64,000 nt of DNA from IMG/VR virus record IMGVR_UViG_3300028591_000084; one strand, 5' to 3'. The first letter of the stretch is position 1; every line of letters begins with the position of its first letter. Below, in pieces: positions 61,426 through 64,000 of the stretch. Source of the stretch: a virus (lineage: Duplodnaviria; Caudoviricetes). Both the position numbers and the translations under genes were made by a program. The notes beneath the pieces are model-generated. The model did no database searches. It saw only the letters and a program-made list of their open reading frames with translations, and was not told where the DNA came from.

Positions 61426-61806
61426 ATGACACAGGAAGATAGAGAACTATTGCTTAAAGACCTTTCGAGCAGGTTACCCTATAGGGTTAAAGTATTAGAC
61501 AATTCTCATAAGAACTATGGAGTTTCTAAACTAATTAACATCGGAATTGATGGTTCTATGTTAATCGATAATGAAGCTAATGATACTCAATATTATCCGA
61601 TTATTGATGAAACCAAACCATACCTTCGCCCGATATCAAGTATGACTGGGGAAGAGCTAGATAAATATGAAGAGCTTGAATGGGATGGAAATTTCGAGCA
61701 TTTGTCTTTACCACTCTTAGACTGGTTAAACAAGAAAATGTTTGATTATCGAGACCTAATAAGGAAAGGGCTTGCTTTGGCGGCTCCCGACGGAATGTAT
61801 GAATAA
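61426..61806 (+). CDS. family A protein
   Basis: MTQEDRELLLKDLSSRLPY. Confidence 0.65.
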   Translation: MTQEDRELLLKDLSSRLPYRVKVLDNSHKNYGVSKLINIGIDGSMLIDNEANDTQYYPIIDETKPYLRPISSMTGEELDKYEELEWDGNFEHLSLPLLDWLNKKMFDYRDLIRKGLALAAPDGMYE

Positions 61807-61947
61807 AAGGAGAAATAGGTATGGTAACAATTAAAGAAGAAAAATATCTAAGTCTCCTTGAGAAGACTATTACCTATAATGTATCGCAAGCTATCATCGA
61901 CCTAGAAAATAATAAACATCGTGGCGACACTTAGAGATTGCATCGAA

Positions 61948-62268
61948 ATGGACAAGGTAGAAAAAATTAAAGCTGAGATTGAAAGGAAGAAATTATTGGC
62001 TGACAAACAAGCAGACAATATGTATTTCCTTGCAAGAAGCGATGCTTATAGGGAATTATTAAACTTTATTGACTCTTTGGAAGAAGAGTCCGATATCTAC
62101 ACACCGGACAATCCCCGGATTACTGTTGGAACTAGGATCCGTTCAAAGACAAACCCAGATGTAATCCTGAGTATTATTTCTGACGATTGTCACGGGGATG
62201 AGTTTGAGTGCTCAAATGGTAGCGTTCTATCATTAAAACAAATTGAAAAGTATTATGACCTTATATAA
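61948..62268 (+). CDS. family D protein
   Basis: C-terminal third nearly identical to that of 47113..47454. Confidence 0.65.
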   Translation: MDKVEKIKAEIERKKLLADKQADNMYFLARSDAYRELLNFIDSLEEESDIYTPDNPRITVGTRIRSKTNPDVILSIISDDCHGDEFECSNGSVLSLKQIEKYYDLI

Positions 62269-62351
62269 GATATGACAATTAATATTGATAGAGAATATGA
62301 ACCAAATCGTAGCTATGCATGCTATGGTTGTAAACATTATTTGAGAAAATT

Positions 62352-62753
62352 ATGACACAAGAAGAAATCTCACTACTCTTACGAGACCTTTGCGCAAGAT
62401 TGCCATACGGAGTAATATGCCAAGTAGACGATGGAGTGGCTGGTTTAAACGATGGAAAACTAGTAGAAATTGATATTTCAAAAGAACTTGTAAGATTTGA
62501 CGCTGATTATTATTGGGATGCATATATAGATGACGTTAAGCCATATCTTCGTTCTATGTCTTCAATAACTGAGGAAGAAAAGAAAGAATATCATTCTTAT
62601 TGTGATAATTATTATGGTATTTATTTTGATACCATAGCGAGTATTGATTGGCTAAATAAGAAAATGTTTGCCTATCGTACTATTAATGGTAAGAATATGT
62701 TTGAATTAGGTCTCGCTGTTGAAGCGCCAAACGGAATGTATGATAGAGTTTGA
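62352..62753 (+). CDS. family A protein
   Basis: MTQE..LLLRDLCARLPY; 3' end nearly identical to that of 44724..45152. Confidence 0.65.
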   Translation: MTQEEISLLLRDLCARLPYGVICQVDDGVAGLNDGKLVEIDISKELVRFDADYYWDAYIDDVKPYLRSMSSITEEEKKEYHSYCDNYYGIYFDTIASIDWLNKKMFAYRTINGKNMFELGLAVEAPNGMYDRV

Positions 62754-62970
62754 ATGGAAACCGATTACTCAAATACCAACTGAACATTGGGCTAATAATT
62801 ATGCACTAAGTCCTTTGTACTTGGTAAGATGTGGTGAGAAGAACGGGGTGTCCATCCTTGGATATTCCAATTATTCATTTGCCACTAAAACTTGGTTAGA
62901 ATGTTACCGTGCTACTGAACCTGGTGTTCATGAAGTCACTGAATGGACCGACATTAAACTTTGAATAATT

Positions 62971-63348
62971 ATGGCAACAATTAAGGAGGATTACGTTTCT
63001 TTTGAAACTGCAAAACTATTAAAAGAAAAAGGGTTCGAAGGCTTTACGATGTTTTCCTACTCTAATAGAGGGTCTACTATGTGTGGTCATTGGGAAAATG
63101 AAACTGATTGGCTACCTAAATGTACTCTACAAATGGCAATGAAATGGTTGAGAGAAGTACATGACATATATATAGATATAAGCATTTATGTTATTACTAA
63201 GAATACACTTAAATATAATATTAATGTTTACTACAAAAAACACAAAAATGATTCAATGTATTTAGGAATCCATCTTACTAAAGAATATACAAAATATGAA
63301 AAAGCTTGTGAAACAGCTGTTTTATATTGTTTGGAAAATTTAATTTAA
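62971..63348 (+). CDS. family B protein
   Basis: MATIKEDYVSFETAKLLKEKGF...YCLENLI. Confidence 0.65.
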   Translation: MATIKEDYVSFETAKLLKEKGFEGFTMFSYSNRGSTMCGHWENETDWLPKCTLQMAMKWLREVHDIYIDISIYVITKNTLKYNINVYYKKHKNDSMYLGIHLTKEYTKYEKACETAVLYCLENLI

Positions 63349-63821
63349 TATGTATATATTTATGATATTTTTAGGTTTATGTCTAGGAATATTAGGCAGT
63401 ATAATGCTTGCTGTTGCTGATGAAGAAAATATTCCTATAGGTATAATAGGAGTAGTAATCCTCTGGATTGGAGTATTTTTGCTCATTCATACTAGTCGTG
63501 ATAAAGGAATTAAAGACGGTGCTTATAACCAACTTCGAGGAAAATATGAAATAAGTTATATTATAGATAAAGATAGTTGTATAACTGACACTATAATTAA
63601 TATTAAATAACTATGGCAACAGAAACATTAGGAGCACATTTAAGGAATTTATTAACACCCTATAGAACATTACTCGACTTGGTTAAAGACGTCAATAATG
63701 GCACAATACCAGCAGATTTTTTAAAGAAATTTGAGTGTAATAACATTAATGAAATTATAGAATTTTCTCATTCTGATAAAATGGAAAATACTCTATGGAG
63801 AAACGAAAATGAATAAAGATT

Positions 63822-64000
63822 ATGGCAACAATTAAATCATTTACTGATTTAGAACAGTCAAAGAGGTTGGCAGAGATACTTTCAATTGAAAGTGCAGATC
63901 ATTATTATTCTTGGCACGATAAACAATATTATGTCGTTAATAAAGACTGCCCTTATCCGTATTCATTAAAAGAGCGGATCCCTTGTTGGTCTCTTGCAGC
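63822..64000 (+). CDS. family C protein (partial, runs off the window)
   Basis: MATIKSFTDLEQSKRLAEILSIESAD...PCWSLA. Confidence 0.65.
   Translation, partial: MATIKSFTDLEQSKRLAEILSIESADHYYSWHDKQYYVVNKDCPYPYSLKERIPCWSLA

Larger units (their letters stand above)
42749..64000 (+). other. unidirectional mosaic array of more than 50 small genes (families A-G plus singletons such as 43129, 44139, 47479, 49292, 49996, 50676, 51899, 52254, 53131, 53610, 54384, 56596, 57002, 57788, 60280, 60459, 61092, 62740, 63350, 63613)
   Basis: Back-to-back plus-strand ORFs with recurring terminal motifs. Confidence 0.8.

Noticed and set aside
1-64000. Stop-codon reassignment (TAG=Gln, as in some gut phages)
   Set aside because: Long genes are intact in the standard code and TAG ends several genes at sensible places; the breaks in nrdD and the topoisomerase gene are explained by introns
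1-64000. CRISPR array, rRNA, complete tRNA, reverse transcriptase/DGR
   Set aside because: No regularly spaced repeat-spacer units, no full cloverleaf and no RT motifs seen; paralogue differences are not obviously adenine-specific

Overview
AT-rich, gene-dense 64-kb segment of a large lytic phage. The host is probably Bacteroidota (Prevotella/Bacteroides-like), inferred from the NrdD type, the lack of Shine-Dalgarno sites and a promoter resembling the Bacteroidota TAnnTTTG -7 box. The standard genetic code applies; no structural genes, integrase, CRISPR array or complete tRNA were seen. (1) 1-27 kb is nucleotide metabolism and replication. nrdD is split by two inteins and a group I intron, followed by thioredoxin and nrdG. 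There is a putative ADP-ribose writer/eraser cluster (ART-like gene, two DarG-like macrodomains, bacterial-type PARG, Nudix), several promoter-driven structured ncRNA candidates, a stand-alone group I ribozyme in a 3' UTR, and a catalytically dead IMPDH homologue. The large subunit of a type II topoisomerase must be rebuilt from three exons: a 16-nt micro-exon between two tandem group I introns encodes most of the TOPRIM acidic motif. (2) 29.8-37.5 kb (minus strand) is a phiEco32-like amidoligase/glutamine-amidotransferase operon with a duplicated cassette and a tRNA-like mini-structure in its leader. (3) 42.7-64 kb is a unidirectional mosaic of small genes from about 6 paralogous families with conserved termini, chimeric junctions and several single-base homopolymer frameshifts. 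All functional calls come from reading motifs by eye; no database search was run.
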